Assembly: GCA_963700145.1 (NCBI GenBank)
Contig: OY969474.1
Coordinates: 1,120,001-1,184,000 of the forward strand
Source of the DNA: an uncultured Acidobacteriota bacterium
Lineage (GTDB): Bacteria > Acidobacteriota > Thermoanaerobaculia > Multivoradales > UBA5704
Reading direction: 5' to 3'
Length of the DNA stretch: 64,000 nucleotides
This document shows positions 40,333 to 52,676 of this stretch, one piece after another; positions within the stretch are counted from its first letter, which is position 1; every line of letters starts with the position of its first letter. Both the position numbers and the translations under genes were made by a program. Below the pieces are notes generated by a model. That model did not search any database, was not told where the DNA came from, and saw nothing but the letters and a program-made list of their open reading frames with translations.

Positions 40333-42050
40333 TCCCCCGCCGGGACCGCTCGCTCCGCTCGCGCCGGCGGCTCCACCGGCTGCATCGCCTTGCCCACCTG
40401 CATCGTCTTCCCCAACCGCTCCTGGGCGGCCGCGATCAACCCGTCGAGCCCGCTGCGGTGGAGGGCGGAGACGGCCACGCCGTCGTGGCGCTTGGCGAGC
40501 GCCTGCGCCTCGTGGCGTGGTAGGAGGTCGGCCTTGTTGAGCACGATGAGCTCGGGTACCTCCGCGAGGTGCAGCTCGCCGAGGATGCCGCGCACCGCCT
40601 CCAGCTTGTGGTCGAGCCGCGGATCGGCGGCGTCCACGACGTGGAGCAGGAGGTCGGCGTCGGACAGCTCCTCCAGCGTGGCGTGGAAGGCGGCGACGAG
40701 GTCCGACGGCAGCTCGGTCAGGAAGCCGACGGTGTCGGTGATCACCACCTCCCCTTCGCGCGGGAAGCGCAGGCGGCGGCTCGTCGGGTCGAGAGTCATG
40801 AAGAGCTGGTCGGCGGCCTCGACCGTGCTGCCGGTGAGGGCGTTGAGCAGCGTGCTCTTGCCGGCGTTGGTGTAGCCGACGATCGAGAGCACCGGCACGC
40901 GGCCGTCGCGCCGCCGGCGGCGGCGCAGGTCGCGCTGGCGCCCCAGCCCCTCGACCTGCTTCTCGAGGGCGCGGATGCGGTCGCGGATGCGCCGGCGGCC
41001 GATCTCGACCACGGTCTCGCCGGGGCCCCGGCCGCCGATGCCGCCGGTCAGGCGCGACAGCCCGGCATCCTTCTCGGTCAGCCGCGGCAGCGAGTACTTG
41101 AGCTGCGCCAGCTCGACCTGGAGCTTGCCGTCGCGGCTCTTGGCGCGCTGCGCGAAGACGTCGAGGATGAGCTGGGTGCGGTCGATCGCCTTCAGGCCCG
41201 TCGCGTCCTCGAAGGCGCGGGCCTGCGCGGGCTTCAGGTCGATGTCGAAGATCGCCACGCTGGCCCGCCGCCGCATCCCTTCGAGCACGATGTCCTGGAG
41301 CTTCCCCTTCCCCACGACCGTCCGCGGGTGCACCTGGCTGCGCTTCTGGCGCAGCGTGCCGGCCACCGTCACACCGGCGGCGCGCACCAGCTCGAGCATC
41401 TCGGCGAAGTGCTCGTCGTCCGGGCGGATGCCGACGACGAGCGCCCGCTCCCGCTCGGTGCCGCCGGAAAGCGGCGCGACGCGCGCGAACTCCTCCTCGA
41501 GGGCGCGGATCGTGGCCTCGAAGTCGAAGGCTAGCTGGTGGACGTCGGCGGCGCGGACGCGGATGAAGGGGTCGGCCTTGTGCCCGTCGCCGGCCTCGGC
41601 GCCGTCCGCCGCGGCGGTCGCGGCCGCCGCCGGCGAGAGGTGGGCGATCTCGACGCGGCCGGCGTCGCCGTCGCCCAGCACCTCGATCGCCGCCACCAGG
41701 TCGAGGCGGAGGAGCGCGAGGTCGTTGAGGTCGTCGCCGGTCAGCGGCTCGCCGCGCAGGTGGGTGTGGACGAGGCGCAGGCCGCGGAAGCGCCCGACGC
41801 CGCCGCGCAGGCGGCCGACGTCCGGCAGCATGAGCTTGTGCGCGTCGCCGACGACGACGTTGCGCACCGCACCGTCGCGCCCGAGCAGCACGCCCACCTG
41901 CCGCCCGAGGTCGTGCGACACCTCGGCCAGGTGCCGCGCCAGCTCCGGCGACACCACCTGCCGCGGCGCCACGCGCCGCCGATAGGTCCTCTCCAGCGCC
42001 CGCCGCTGCGACGGCGAGAGCCCCTGGACGTTGCCTTCGAGTTGACTCAC
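40329..42050 (-). CDS. hflX: GTPase HflX (long N-terminal form)
   Basis: [20 protein letters not shown] and NKAD motifs; N-terminal extension containing HTHL. Confidence 0.95.
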   Translation of the reverse strand: MSQLEGNVQGLSPSQRRALERTYRRRVAPRQVVSPELARHLAEVSHDLGRQVGVLLGRDGAVRNVVVGDAHKLMLPDVGRLRGGVGRFRGLRLVHTHLRGEPLTGDDLNDLALLRLDLVAAIEVLGDGDAGRVEIAHLSPAAAATAAADGAEAGDGHKADPFIRVRAADVHQLAFDFEATIRALEEEFARVAPLSGGTERERALVVGIRPDDEHFAEMLELVRAAGVTVAGTLRQKRSQVHPRTVVGKGKLQDIVLEGMRRRASVAIFDIDLKPAQARAFEDATGLKAIDRTQLILDVFAQRAKSRDGKLQVELAQLKYSLPRLTEKDAGLSRLTGGIGGRGPGETVVEIGRRRIRDRIRALEKQVEGLGRQRDLRRRRRRDGRVPVLSIVGYTNAGKSTLLNALTGSTVEAADQLFMTLDPTSRRLRFPREGEVVITDTVGFLTELPSDLVAAFHATLEELSDADLLLHVVDAADPRLDHKLEAVRGILGELHLAEVPELIVLNKADLLPRHEAQALAKRHDGVAVSALHRSGLDGLIAAAQERLGKTMQVGKAMQPVEPPARAERAVPAGE

Positions 42051-42131
42051 GTCACCCGTAACGACGGAAGGGAGAGGATATTCCCCGAAAGCCTCGCATT
42101 GATTGGAGTCCGGCGCGAAAGCCTTCGTGCC

Positions 42132-42806
42132 TCAGTGCACCGTCGGCGGCACGTAGCGCTCGCGCGGGCCGGCGGGGACGCCCATTTCGAGGAGGGAGAG
42201 GAGGAGGAGCTCGCGCTGCTCGGGGGCGGCGGCTTCGAGGAGGGCCTGCTTCTCGGCGGGGCCGAAGGGGAGGGCGGCGGCGAGGCCGTTGAGGAGGGTG
42301 ATCCCGCCGAGGCCGGAGAGGAGGGTGAAGTCGAGCTCGAGGCCGTGGGCGCGGCTGAAGGCGCGCACCGCGGCGAGGACCGGGCCGGGGTCGAGCGGCG
42401 CCTCCGGCTCCGCCAGGTCGGCGGCGGCGAACTCGGCGTAGTCGGCGCGCACGCGGCGGTAGCCGCGGTGGAGCGGCAATTCGCCGCCGACGCGGAAGCG
42501 CGCCAGCCCTTTGAGCACGATCAGGTAGCGGCCGTCCGGCTGCGGCTCCCAGCGGTCGATCGCGCCGGCGCAACCGACGGCGTAGAGATCGGGGTCCTGC
42601 TCCTCCTCCCAGAGCCCCCAATTATCGGCAGGGTCCGGCAGCCGCGGCTGGATCATGCCGATCGTGCGCTCGCCAGCCAGGGCGTCGGCCACCATGTTGC
42701 GGTAGCGCGGCTCGAAGACGTTGAGCGGCAGGTAGTTCCCCGGCAGCAGCAGCGACCCGGTCAGGGGGAAGACCGGCAGTACCTCGGGGAGCGGCGGTGC
42801 GAGCAT
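42132..42806 (-). CDS. LON peptidase substrate-binding domain protein
   Basis: PVFPL..LLPG..LPLNVFEPRYRNMV; DGRYLIVLKG; AEKQALLE. Confidence 0.9.
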   Translation of the reverse strand: MLAPPLPEVLPVFPLTGSLLLPGNYLPLNVFEPRYRNMVADALAGERTIGMIQPRLPDPADNWGLWEEEQDPDLYAVGCAGAIDRWEPQPDGRYLIVLKGLARFRVGGELPLHRGYRRVRADYAEFAAADLAEPEAPLDPGPVLAAVRAFSRAHGLELDFTLLSGLGGITLLNGLAAALPFGPAEKQALLEAAAPEQRELLLLSLLEMGVPAGPRERYVPPTVH

Positions 42807-42817
42807 CGGCGTCCCGC

Positions 42818-44623
42818 TCAATCGCCCTGGTCGGTCTTGAGCACCGCCAGGAAGGCGGCCTGCGGGATCTCGACCGCCCCGACCATCTTCATCCGCTTCT
42901 TCCCCTCGCGCTGCTTCTCGAGGAGCTTCCGCTTGCGGGAGATGTCGCCGCCGTAGCACTTGGCGATGACGTCCTTGCGGTAGGGGTTGATCGTCGAGCG
43001 GGCGATGATCTGGCCGCCGATCGCTCCCTGGATGGCGATCTTGAAGTTTTGGCGCGGGATCGTCTCGGCCAGCCGCTCGCAGTAGTGCAGGGCGCGCGGC
43101 CGCGACTTCTCGCGGTGGACGAGCTGGGAGAGGGCGTCCACCTTCTCGCCGTTGACTAGGATGTCGACCTTGACCAGGTCGCTCTCGCGGTAGTCGATCA
43201 GCTCGTAGTCGAACGAGCCGTACCCTTGCGTGAGGCTCTTGAGCCGATCGTAGAAGTCGAAGAGCACCTCGGCGAGCGGCAGCTCCGAGAGCACCTGCAG
43301 GCGCCCCTGCGCCAGGTACTCGAAGTGGGTGTTGGCGCCGCGCCGCTCGCGGCAGAGCTCGAGGACGGAGCCGAGGTACCGCTCCGGCACCAGGATGGTG
43401 GCGCGGATGTACGGCTCGTAGACCGACTCGATTTGCGATGGATCGGGAAAGTGCGCCGGGTTGTCGACCTGGAGGACCTCGCCGTCCGTGAGGTGGACCT
43501 CGTAGCGCACCGAGGGGGCGGAGAGCAGGAGCGACAGGTCGTGCTCCCGCTCCAGCCGCTCCTGCACCACTTCCAGGTGGAGGAGCCCGAGGAAGCCGCA
43601 GCGGAAGCCGAACCCCAGGGCCGACGAGGAGTCCTTCTCGAAGGTCAGGGAGGCGTCGTTGAGCTTGAGCTTGTCGAGCGCCTTGGCGAGGTCCTGGTAG
43701 TCGTCGGTGGCGACCGGGTAGATCGAGGAGAAGACGACCGGCTTGGCGTCCTTGTAGCCGGGGAGCGGCTCGGCGGCGGGACGCTCGGCCTCGGTCACGG
43801 TGTCTCCCACCGCGATGTCGGCCACCGCCTTGACGCCGGCGATCACGTACCCGACCTCGCCGGCGCTCAGCTCCGGCGCCTCCATCCGCTTCAAGCGCAG
43901 CCGCCCCACCTCCTCGACCTGGTAGTCGCGTCCGCCGTGCATCAAGCGCACTTTCTGCCCCGGGCGCAGCGTCCCCTCGCGCACGCGCACCAGCAGGACG
44001 ACGCCGCGGTAGGGGTCGTACTGGGCGTCGAAGATGAGGGCGCGGAGCGGCGCCTCGGGGTCCCCCTCGGGGGCCGGCAGGCGGTTGACGATCGCCTCCA
44101 GCACCTCGTCGATGCCGGTGCCGAGCTTGGCCGAGGCGAGGACCGCGGCGTAGGGGTCGAGCCCGAGGTCGGCGTCGATCTCCTCGCGCACCCGCTCGAC
44201 GTCGGCCGAGGGGAGGTCGATCTTGTTGATCACCGGCACGATCTCGAGGTCGTACTCGAGGGCGAGGTAGAGGTTGGCGACGGTCTGCGCTTCGACCCCC
44301 TGCGAGGCGTCGACGAGGAGCAGCGCCCCCTCGCACGACATCAGCGACCGCCGCACCTCGTGCGAAAAATCGACGTGCCCGGGGGTGTCGATGAGGTTGA
44401 GCTCGTAGTCCTGGCCGTCGGCGGCGGTGTAGAGGAGCGAGACGGTGTTGCTCTTGATGGTGATCCCGCGCTCGCGCTCGATGTCCATCGAGTCGAGGAT
44501 CTGGTCGCGGAAGTCCCGCTCCTCCACCGCGCCGGTGCGCTGGATCAGCCGGTCGGCCAGCGTCGACTTGCCATGGTCGATGTGGGCGATGATGCAGAAG
44601 TTGCGGATGCGGTCCACGGACAC
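42818..44623 (-). CDS. lepA: Translation elongation factor 4
   Basis: [36 protein letters not shown] and [17 protein letters not shown] motifs. Confidence 0.97.
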   Translation of the reverse strand: MSVDRIRNFCIIAHIDHGKSTLADRLIQRTGAVEERDFRDQILDSMDIERERGITIKSNTVSLLYTAADGQDYELNLIDTPGHVDFSHEVRRSLMSCEGALLLVDASQGVEAQTVANLYLALEYDLEIVPVINKIDLPSADVERVREEIDADLGLDPYAAVLASAKLGTGIDEVLEAIVNRLPAPEGDPEAPLRALIFDAQYDPYRGVVLLVRVREGTLRPGQKVRLMHGGRDYQVEEVGRLRLKRMEAPELSAGEVGYVIAGVKAVADIAVGDTVTEAERPAAEPLPGYKDAKPVVFSSIYPVATDDYQDLAKALDKLKLNDASLTFEKDSSSALGFGFRCGFLGLLHLEVVQERLEREHDLSLLLSAPSVRYEVHLTDGEVLQVDNPAHFPDPSQIESVYEPYIRATILVPERYLGSVLELCRERRGANTHFEYLAQGRLQVLSELPLAEVLFDFYDRLKSLTQGYGSFDYELIDYRESDLVKVDILVNGEKVDALSQLVHREKSRPRALHYCERLAETIPRQNFKIAIQGAIGGQIIARSTINPYRKDVIAKCYGGDISRKRKLLEKQREGKKRMKMVGAVEIPQAAFLAVLKTDQGD

Positions 44624-44677
44624 TCCGAAGGGCGGGCATCTTACGATACGATCTCAGCCGACTGAGGAGGTGACGCA

Positions 44678-44863
44678 GTGGCGCGACAGAACTTCCAGCA
44701 CTCGAAGCGGCAGCGGGACCTGGCGAAGAAGCAGAAGCGGGAAGAGAAGCAGCAGCGCAAGGCCGAGCGCAAGCGGCTCGGGCAGCTGCCGGAGGGCACC
44801 CCCCCGGCGCCCGAGTCCCCCGAGTCCGAGGCCGCGCCGGTCGAGCCGCAGAACCCCTCCTGA
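44678..44863 (+). CDS. Small basic hypothetical protein (61 aa)
   Basis: RBS GAGGAGG; K/R-rich N-terminal half (KRQRDLAKKQKREEK), acidic/Pro C-terminal half; host-like codons. Confidence 0.7.
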   Translation: MARQNFQHSKRQRDLAKKQKREEKQQRKAERKRLGQLPEGTPPAPESPESEAAPVEPQNPS

Positions 44864-44914
44864 CCGCCCGCTTCGGGACGGTCGATCTTCCACCCCTCTC
44901 CCGGAGGAGATGCG

Positions 44915-45685
44915 ATGTCTGACGCACCGAGCCCGTTCGTCTGGTACGAGCTGCTGACGACCGACGAGGGCGCCGCGAAGGTCTTCTACCCCGCCATCCT
45001 CGGCTGGGGGACGGAGCCCTTCACCGGCGCCGGCGGCGAGAAGCCCTACACCATGTGGACCGCCGGCGGCGCGCCGCTCGGCGGCGTGATGGCGAAGCCG
45101 CCGGGGGCCGAAGGCCCGCCGATGTGGCTCGGCTACGTCGGCGTCGACGACGTCGACGACGTCGTCCGCCGCGCCGGTGAGCTCGGCGCCCAGACCCACG
45201 TCGCGCCGCGCGACATCCCCACCGTCGGCCGCTTCGCCGTCCTCGCCGACCCGCAGGGGGCGTTCTTCGCCGTCTACAAGTCCCTCAACCCGCAACCGGC
45301 GCCGAGCGACGAGTGCCCGCCCGGAAACGTTTCCTGGAACGAGCTGGCGACGAGCGACGGGCCGGCGGCCTGGGGCTTCTACTCCACTCTCTTCGGCTGG
45401 CAGAAGACCGACAGCTTCGACATGGGCGACGGCTGGATGTACGACATGTTCGGCTACGGCGGGGCGTCCAAGGGCGCCGTCTACACCAAGCCGCCCGACA
45501 TGCCGGGGCCGCCGGCCTGGGTCTACTACGTGCGCGTCGAGGACCTCGACGGCAAGGTCGAGAAGGTCAAGGAGCACGGCGGCCAAGTGATCCACGGCCC
45601 CATGGAAGTCCCGGGCGGCGACCGCATCGCCATCTGCACCGACCCGCAAGGGGCGGTCTTCGCGATGCACGCGCTGAAGAGCTGA
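44915..45685 (+). CDS. Two-domain VOC/glyoxalase family protein
   Basis: FVWYEL...FY..ILGW; VSWNEL...FY..LFGW; DPQGA twice. Confidence 0.9.
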   Translation: MSDAPSPFVWYELLTTDEGAAKVFYPAILGWGTEPFTGAGGEKPYTMWTAGGAPLGGVMAKPPGAEGPPMWLGYVGVDDVDDVVRRAGELGAQTHVAPRDIPTVGRFAVLADPQGAFFAVYKSLNPQPAPSDECPPGNVSWNELATSDGPAAWGFYSTLFGWQKTDSFDMGDGWMYDMFGYGGASKGAVYTKPPDMPGPPAWVYYVRVEDLDGKVEKVKEHGGQVIHGPMEVPGGDRIAICTDPQGAVFAMHALKS

Positions 45686-45704
45686 CCCCGGGGGCACGCT
45701 TCGG

Positions 45705-46402
45705 ATAGCACGCATCAGGCGCGTCTCGGCGCTCCTCACGCTCGGTCTCCTGGCGGTCACGACCCGCGCCGGAGCTCAGGCCCCCTCTCCTCGCGTGCCG
45801 CCGCTCCTTCCCGCTGTCCGCTCGGTCCTCTGGATCGGCGCCCATCCGGACGACGAGCTGCTCGCGGCGCCGCTCCTGGCGCGGCTCTGCGTCGAAGAAG
45901 GACGCCGTTGCTCCTTCCTGGTGTTGACCCGCGGGGGCCGCGGCCGCTGCCTGCTCCCCGGCGGCTGCGCTCCGAGCGTGGCGGCGGTGCGCGGCGGCGA
46001 GATGCGGCGCGCCGCGCGGCTGTTCGGGGCGCAGCTCACGCAGTGGGACCTCCCCGACGGCGGCGCGGCGGCGGATGGCTCCGCACCCGCGTGGGACACC
46101 GCTGCAGGCGGGCACGCCGCGCTTCTCGCCCGACTTTCTTCGCTGGTGGCCGCGGTGGCTCCGGGTTCCGCTCCGCCGCGCCCGCGGCCTCGGGCACATT
46201 CGCCTTCGACGGCAACGGCGTCCTGCCGTCCACCGGCAAGCCGGCCTGGGAGGCGCTCCTCCAGGACCTCGCCATCCACCGTAGCCAGTACGACGGCCGC
46301 TGGCTGCGTGCCCTCCGCGCGGCGCCTGCGGCGCAACGGGCGGTCTACCTCGGCCCGGCCGACCTGCTCCTGAAGTCCGAGCGGGCTTGGTCGTGCTTTT
46401 AG
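45705..46402 (+). pseudogene. PIG-L/LmbE-family deacetylase, frameshifted or internally deleted
   Basis: AHPDDE and LTRG in the frame of 45795-46373; the C-terminal HRSQ region is in another frame (ends 46402); junction near 46163; HPDH motif absent; signal peptide begins at ATA 45705. Confidence 0.6.
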
Positions 46403-46416
46403 GCGGAGGTCCCCGC

Positions 46417-48387
46417 TCAGGGCTCCGTGAAGTGGGCAACGTAGAGCGTGTCCCGTAGCGTCCGCGCGTAGACCAGGCCGGGCACCCGAGGGTGGGCCAC
46501 GAGCTCGACGGCGTCCGGCAAGACCAGGCCGTCGTTCACCAACGCGAAGGTCGCGCCGCCGTCGGTGCTGCGGAACACGCCACCGTCGGTCGCCGCGTAG
46601 ACCGTCTCCGGGTCGGCGGCGTCGACCGCCAGCCCGCTCACCCCTTCGAAGCTCTTGTAGGCCTCCTCCGGCAGCTCCCCCACGACGCGCCAGCGCCTTC
46701 CCGCGTTGTCCGAGCGCAGCAGCACGCGCTTCGAATCGAAGGTCTCCGCCTTGATCAGGTAGATCGTCGAGGAGCGGCTCGGGGCCATGGCGAAGCGCAG
46801 GTAGTCGTCCTCGAAGACGCCGGCGAGCTCGCGCCAGGTGCGGCCGCCGTCGTCGCTGCGCCAGAGGATGTCGGTGCCGATGTGGTGGAGGTAGTGACCG
46901 GAGGCTTGCGCGTAGACGATCCGCGGCGCCCGCGGGTCCTGGTGGAAGCGGACGTTGCAGCCGAGGGGGCAGATGAACGGCATCACCGCCTGCCAGGTGC
47001 GCCCGCCGTCGCCGGAGCGCTCGATCGCGTTCGGCCGGCCGAGGAGGAGCGTGCCGGCGTCCACCACCGCGACCCCCGAGCCTCCTGTGCCGCGCAGCGT
47101 AGACCAGCTCCGCAGCGTGGACCAGCTCCGTCCCTCGTCGTCGCTGCGGAACAGGGCGCCCGGCGTCGTGGCGTAGAGGCGGTGCGGGCGCGCGCGGTCG
47201 AAGGCCAGGTCGTTGATGAACGCGAAGCCGGTCACGCCGGGGAACGGCGCCAGCGGCGACCAGGTCCGTCCCCAGTCGGAGGTCACCTCCAGGAGCGGCA
47301 AGTTCGACGACGCGTAGAGCGTCCCCGGCCGCCGCGGATGGGGCTTGAAGAAGCTCGACGGGCTCGGCGGCAGCCCCTGCGCGTCCGCCTCCCGCCAGGA
47401 CTCCCCGCCGTCGGCGCTGGACCAGACGCCGAACCCGACCGGGCTCGCCGCGAGCTCGCCGCCGCGCCGCGCGGCGAGGCGGCCGAGGAAGGCGTCCGGC
47501 AGGTCCGTACCGAGCGGTTCCCAGCTCTCCCCTTCGTCGCGGCTCACCCGCGGCTCCGCGGCGGCGAGATAGACCGTGCGCGCGTCGTCGGGGTCCACCA
47601 CCAGGTCGCCGGTCTCCGGCAGCTCCGCGATCGCCAGGCGCTCCTCCCAGGTCGCGCCGCCGTCGCGGCTGCGCCGCAGACCGCACCCCGCGGCGTAGAC
47701 GACGCCCGGGTCGCCGGGCGCGACGGCGAGATGGAACGCGGCGCAGCTGGCGTCCAACGGGGTGTGCCGCCAGGTGGCGCCGCCGTCGTCCGTCCGCCAG
47801 ACGCCGCCGACCTGCCGGTCCCCGTTCTCGAAGCCCCCGACGAAGGCGCGCTCCGGGTGCCCTGGATCGACGGCGAGACCGCTGAGATCGCCGTCCACCG
47901 CCAGCACCTCGGTCCAGCTCGTCCCGCCGTTGGTGCTGGCGTAGACCGCGCTGCCCGAGACCGCGTAGACGGCGCCCCCCGCACCGGCGGCGACCGCCGA
48001 GGCCCCGGGGAGCACGCGCGCCCAGTGCGCGCCGCCGCTCCGGCTGCGGAAGAGGCCGTCGGGGCTCGCGGCGAAGATCGTCGCCGGGCGGTCGGGCGCG
48101 ATCTCGAGGTCGTGCCAGAAGGTGCGCACCGGCCCGAGGACGCGCACCCAGGGCCCTGCCCCGCCGTCGCTGCGGTAGACGCCGCAGGGGGCGGTGATGC
48201 AGTCCCCGGCCGCGGCGAAGAGCGGGCCGCCGTCCGGGTGGGCGGCGAGGGCCGCGACGACCCCGCCGGGCCGCCCGATCGGGCTCCACCGATTGCGCCC
48301 GGCGCCCGCCGGAGCGGCGGCCACGACCAGGGCGCAGGCGAGCAGGAGAAGGCGTGCCGCGGAACGCAGACGAGGGGGATGGGACAT
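46417..48387 (-). CDS. Secreted BNR/Asp-box beta-propeller protein
   Basis: Many S.DGG.TW repeats; signal peptide from ATG 48387; 18-bp tandem duplication at 47093-47128 (RSWSTL x2). Confidence 0.85.
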   Translation of the reverse strand: MSHPPRLRSAARLLLLACALVVAAAPAGAGRNRWSPIGRPGGVVAALAAHPDGGPLFAAAGDCITAPCGVYRSDGGAGPWVRVLGPVRTFWHDLEIAPDRPATIFAASPDGLFRSRSGGAHWARVLPGASAVAAGAGGAVYAVSGSAVYASTNGGTSWTEVLAVDGDLSGLAVDPGHPERAFVGGFENGDRQVGGVWRTDDGGATWRHTPLDASCAAFHLAVAPGDPGVVYAAGCGLRRSRDGGATWEERLAIAELPETGDLVVDPDDARTVYLAAAEPRVSRDEGESWEPLGTDLPDAFLGRLAARRGGELAASPVGFGVWSSADGGESWREADAQGLPPSPSSFFKPHPRRPGTLYASSNLPLLEVTSDWGRTWSPLAPFPGVTGFAFINDLAFDRARPHRLYATTPGALFRSDDEGRSWSTLRSWSTLRGTGGSGVAVVDAGTLLLGRPNAIERSGDGGRTWQAVMPFICPLGCNVRFHQDPRAPRIVYAQASGHYLHHIGTDILWRSDDGGRTWRELAGVFEDDYLRFAMAPSRSSTIYLIKAETFDSKRVLLRSDNAGRRWRVVGELPEEAYKSFEGVSGLAVDAADPETVYAATDGGVFRSTDGGATFALVNDGLVLPDAVELVAHPRVPGLVYARTLRDTLYVAHFTEP

Positions 48388-48463
48388 CCGGGGTTCCTCC
48401 GCTGCGCTAGAATCCGCGCTCCAGCCGCGGTATTCCCTGCCCCGCCAGGAACGAGGAGTTTCC

Positions 48464-50145
<1,682 letters not shown>

Positions 50146-50149
<4 letters not shown>

Positions 50150-50973
50150 GCGGGAGAGAGTCCCTCGCGCAGGAAGCGTGCCAGCTCCAGCCAGACGACC
50201 GGGTGGCCGAGGAGGTCGTTGTGGCCGGCGCCGGGGATGGGGACGAAGCGCGTCGTCGCGGCCGGCAGCGCCGCGGCCAGCTTCTCGCCCAGGCGGAAGG
50301 GGATGATCGAATCGTCGCGGCCGTGGATCAGCAGAGCCGGCACGCGGATGCGCGGCGCCGCGTCGAGCGAGTCGTACCGCTCGGCGACGAGCATGCCGCC
50401 GAGCGGCGTGAAGTGGACCCGCGCCACGTCGCGCAGCGACGACCAGGGGGAGAGTGCGACGAGGCCCGCGACACGGTGCTCCGGCTCGGCGGCGAGCGCC
50501 ACGGCCACCGCCGCTCCGAGCGACCAGCCGCAGGCGACGAGCGGCCGCTCCGGATGGCGCGCCGCCAGCCAGGCGAGCCCGGCCGCGCCGGCCGCCGCGA
50601 GCCCCGCCTCGCTCGCCCGTCCGCCGCTGCGGCCGTAGCCGGGGTAGTCGATCGCCAGGAACGGCACGCCGAGCTTCCGCAGCTCGTCGAACAGCCCCGA
50701 CCGCCGCATCGTCTCCAGGTTCTCGCCGTTGCCGTGCAGGAAGAGCACCGCCGGCGCCCCCGCCGGCGCCGCGTCGGGCGTCCACGCCCAGCCCACGACC
50801 GGCAGGCCGCCGTCGCCTTCGAGCGCCACCTCTTCGAGCGGCGCCGAAGCCGGCGGCACCCGCACCGGCGGCGCCGGGTAGAGGACCTGCTGGGTGAAGG
50901 AGCCGAGCATCAGGAGGGCGGCGAGGCCGAGCGCGGCAGGGAGAACGAAACGGGCTGGGCCGCCGGGGCGCAC
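50146..50973 (-). CDS. Alpha/beta hydrolase (ABHD13/17-like)
   Basis: FLHGNGE, DYPGYG, GWSLG, HGRDD and AGHND motifs. Confidence 0.9.
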
Positions 50974-50981
50974 GATAGCGC

Positions 50982-52676
50982 CTAGGGTGCGCCCGGCGGC
51001 TCCTCGACGTCAAGGCGCCGATCGGCCTTGACGTCCGCGAGGGTCGAGACCGCCCCCGAGGGCCAGCGCACGACGAGCTTCTCCACCGTCGGCGCCGGCC
51101 CCAGCCCGAAGTGCGGGTCCACCTGCGACTGCGACAGGTAGCTGCCGCCGGTGCGGGCGAGCCAGGTCTGGGTGACGCCGCCGGCCGTCGCCTCGACCAC
51201 CGCGCCGAGGCCGTCGCGGTTGCTCCGCTTCCCCACCAGGTGGACGCGCAGCCAGTGGCCGTAGCCGGCGCCGCGGTTCTCGAAGAGCTTCGCCGGGCCG
51301 GCCAGCGTCGTCAGCACCAGGTCGAGGTCGCCGTCGTCGTCGAGGTCGCCGTAGGCGGCCCCGCGTCCCACCAGCGGCGCCGCCAGGTCGCCGCCGGCGC
51401 TCGCCGTGACCTCGACGTACCGCGCCTTCCCCTCGTTGCGGAAGAGCTGCTGCGGCTGGGCGTAGCGCGCCGTCGCCTGCACCCGCTCCCACTCCGCGTC
51501 GAGGTGGCCGTTGGCGAGGAAGAGGTCGAGCCAGCCGTCGAGGTCGTAGTCGAAGAAGAACGCCGCCCAGGCCACCCAGAGCAGCGTGTTGCGCCCGAAT
51601 TGCGACAGCGTCGCCACGTCCATGAAGAGGCCGTTGCCCTCGTTGCGGTAGAGGCCGGACATCTCGTTGGCGAAGTAGCCGATGACCAGCCCCGGGCGGC
51701 CGCTGCGGGCGAAGTCGGCGGCGTCGATCCCCATGCCGCCGCGCGCGCCGCCGGTGTCGGAGAGGGCCATGCCGGAGGCGGCGCCGATCTCCTCGAAGCG
51801 CACCTGCCCGGCGGCGTCCTTCCCCCGGTTGCGGAAGAGCTGGTTCGGCGTGGTGTCGTTGGCCAGCGCCAGGTCGGGCCAGCCGTCGCCGTCGGCGTCG
51901 AGCACCGCGACGCCGAGCGTCTTGGCGGTCGGATGGTGGAGCCCGGCGGCCCGGGTCCGGTCCTCGAAGCGGAGCCCGCCGAGGTTGCGGTAGAAGCGCG
52001 ACGCCGCGCCGGTGTAGGTCTGCGGCGTGCAGTACGCCTTCGTCTTGCCGTCGAGCGAGCAGAAGAGGTCCCCCTCCGGGCTCCAGGTGACGTAGCGGGT
52101 GGCGAAGACGTCGAGGAGGCCGTCGCGGTCGGCGTCGAAGAGGGCGACCGAGGCGCCCAGCGCGCTCTCGCGCGGGATGCCGGCCGCGGCGCCGGCGTCG
52201 GTGAAGCGCGGGGGTCCGCTCCCCTGCCGGTCGTTGCGCAGCAGCCGGTCGCCGTCGAGGCAGGTCAAGTAGAGGTCCGCGTCGCCGTCGTTGTCGAGGT
52301 CGCCGGCGGCGCCGCCCAGGCAGTAGGCGGCGAAGTCGAGACCGGAGCCCTTCGTCGCGTCCGCGAAGCGCAGGCCGCCGCGGTTGAGATAGAGGCGCTG
52401 CGTCGCCGCCTCCCCCGGCTGGCCCGGGAAGCTGCGGCCGTTCAGGAAGAACAGGTCGAGCCGCCGGTCGCCGTCGGCGTCGAAGAGGACGACGCCCGAG
52501 CCCATCGTCTCGGGCAGCCACTTCTTGCCGAAGGCGCCGTTGTGGTGGATGAAATCGACGCCGGAAGCGGCGGTGACGTCGGTGAAGCGCGGCCCCTCGG
52601 CGGGCAGCTCGGCGGCGGCGCCGGCGGCGCCGGCGGCCAGCAGGAGCGCCGCGAGGGCGTGCGGTGCGCACCTCAT
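50982..52676 (-). CDS. CRTAC1 family protein (FG-GAP repeats + ASPIC/UnbV)
   Basis: ATG 52676; repeated D.D.DG..DL motifs; ETMGSG; SNRDGLGA...SYLSQ...HFGLG...RWPSG. Confidence 0.92.
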   Translation of the reverse strand: MRCAPHALAALLLAAGAAGAAAELPAEGPRFTDVTAASGVDFIHHNGAFGKKWLPETMGSGVVLFDADGDRRLDLFFLNGRSFPGQPGEAATQRLYLNRGGLRFADATKGSGLDFAAYCLGGAAGDLDNDGDADLYLTCLDGDRLLRNDRQGSGPPRFTDAGAAAGIPRESALGASVALFDADRDGLLDVFATRYVTWSPEGDLFCSLDGKTKAYCTPQTYTGAASRFYRNLGGLRFEDRTRAAGLHHPTAKTLGVAVLDADGDGWPDLALANDTTPNQLFRNRGKDAAGQVRFEEIGAASGMALSDTGGARGGMGIDAADFARSGRPGLVIGYFANEMSGLYRNEGNGLFMDVATLSQFGRNTLLWVAWAAFFFDYDLDGWLDLFLANGHLDAEWERVQATARYAQPQQLFRNEGKARYVEVTASAGGDLAAPLVGRGAAYGDLDDDGDLDLVLTTLAGPAKLFENRGAGYGHWLRVHLVGKRSNRDGLGAVVEATAGGVTQTWLARTGGSYLSQSQVDPHFGLGPAPTVEKLVVRWPSGAVSTLADVKADRRLDVEEPPGAP

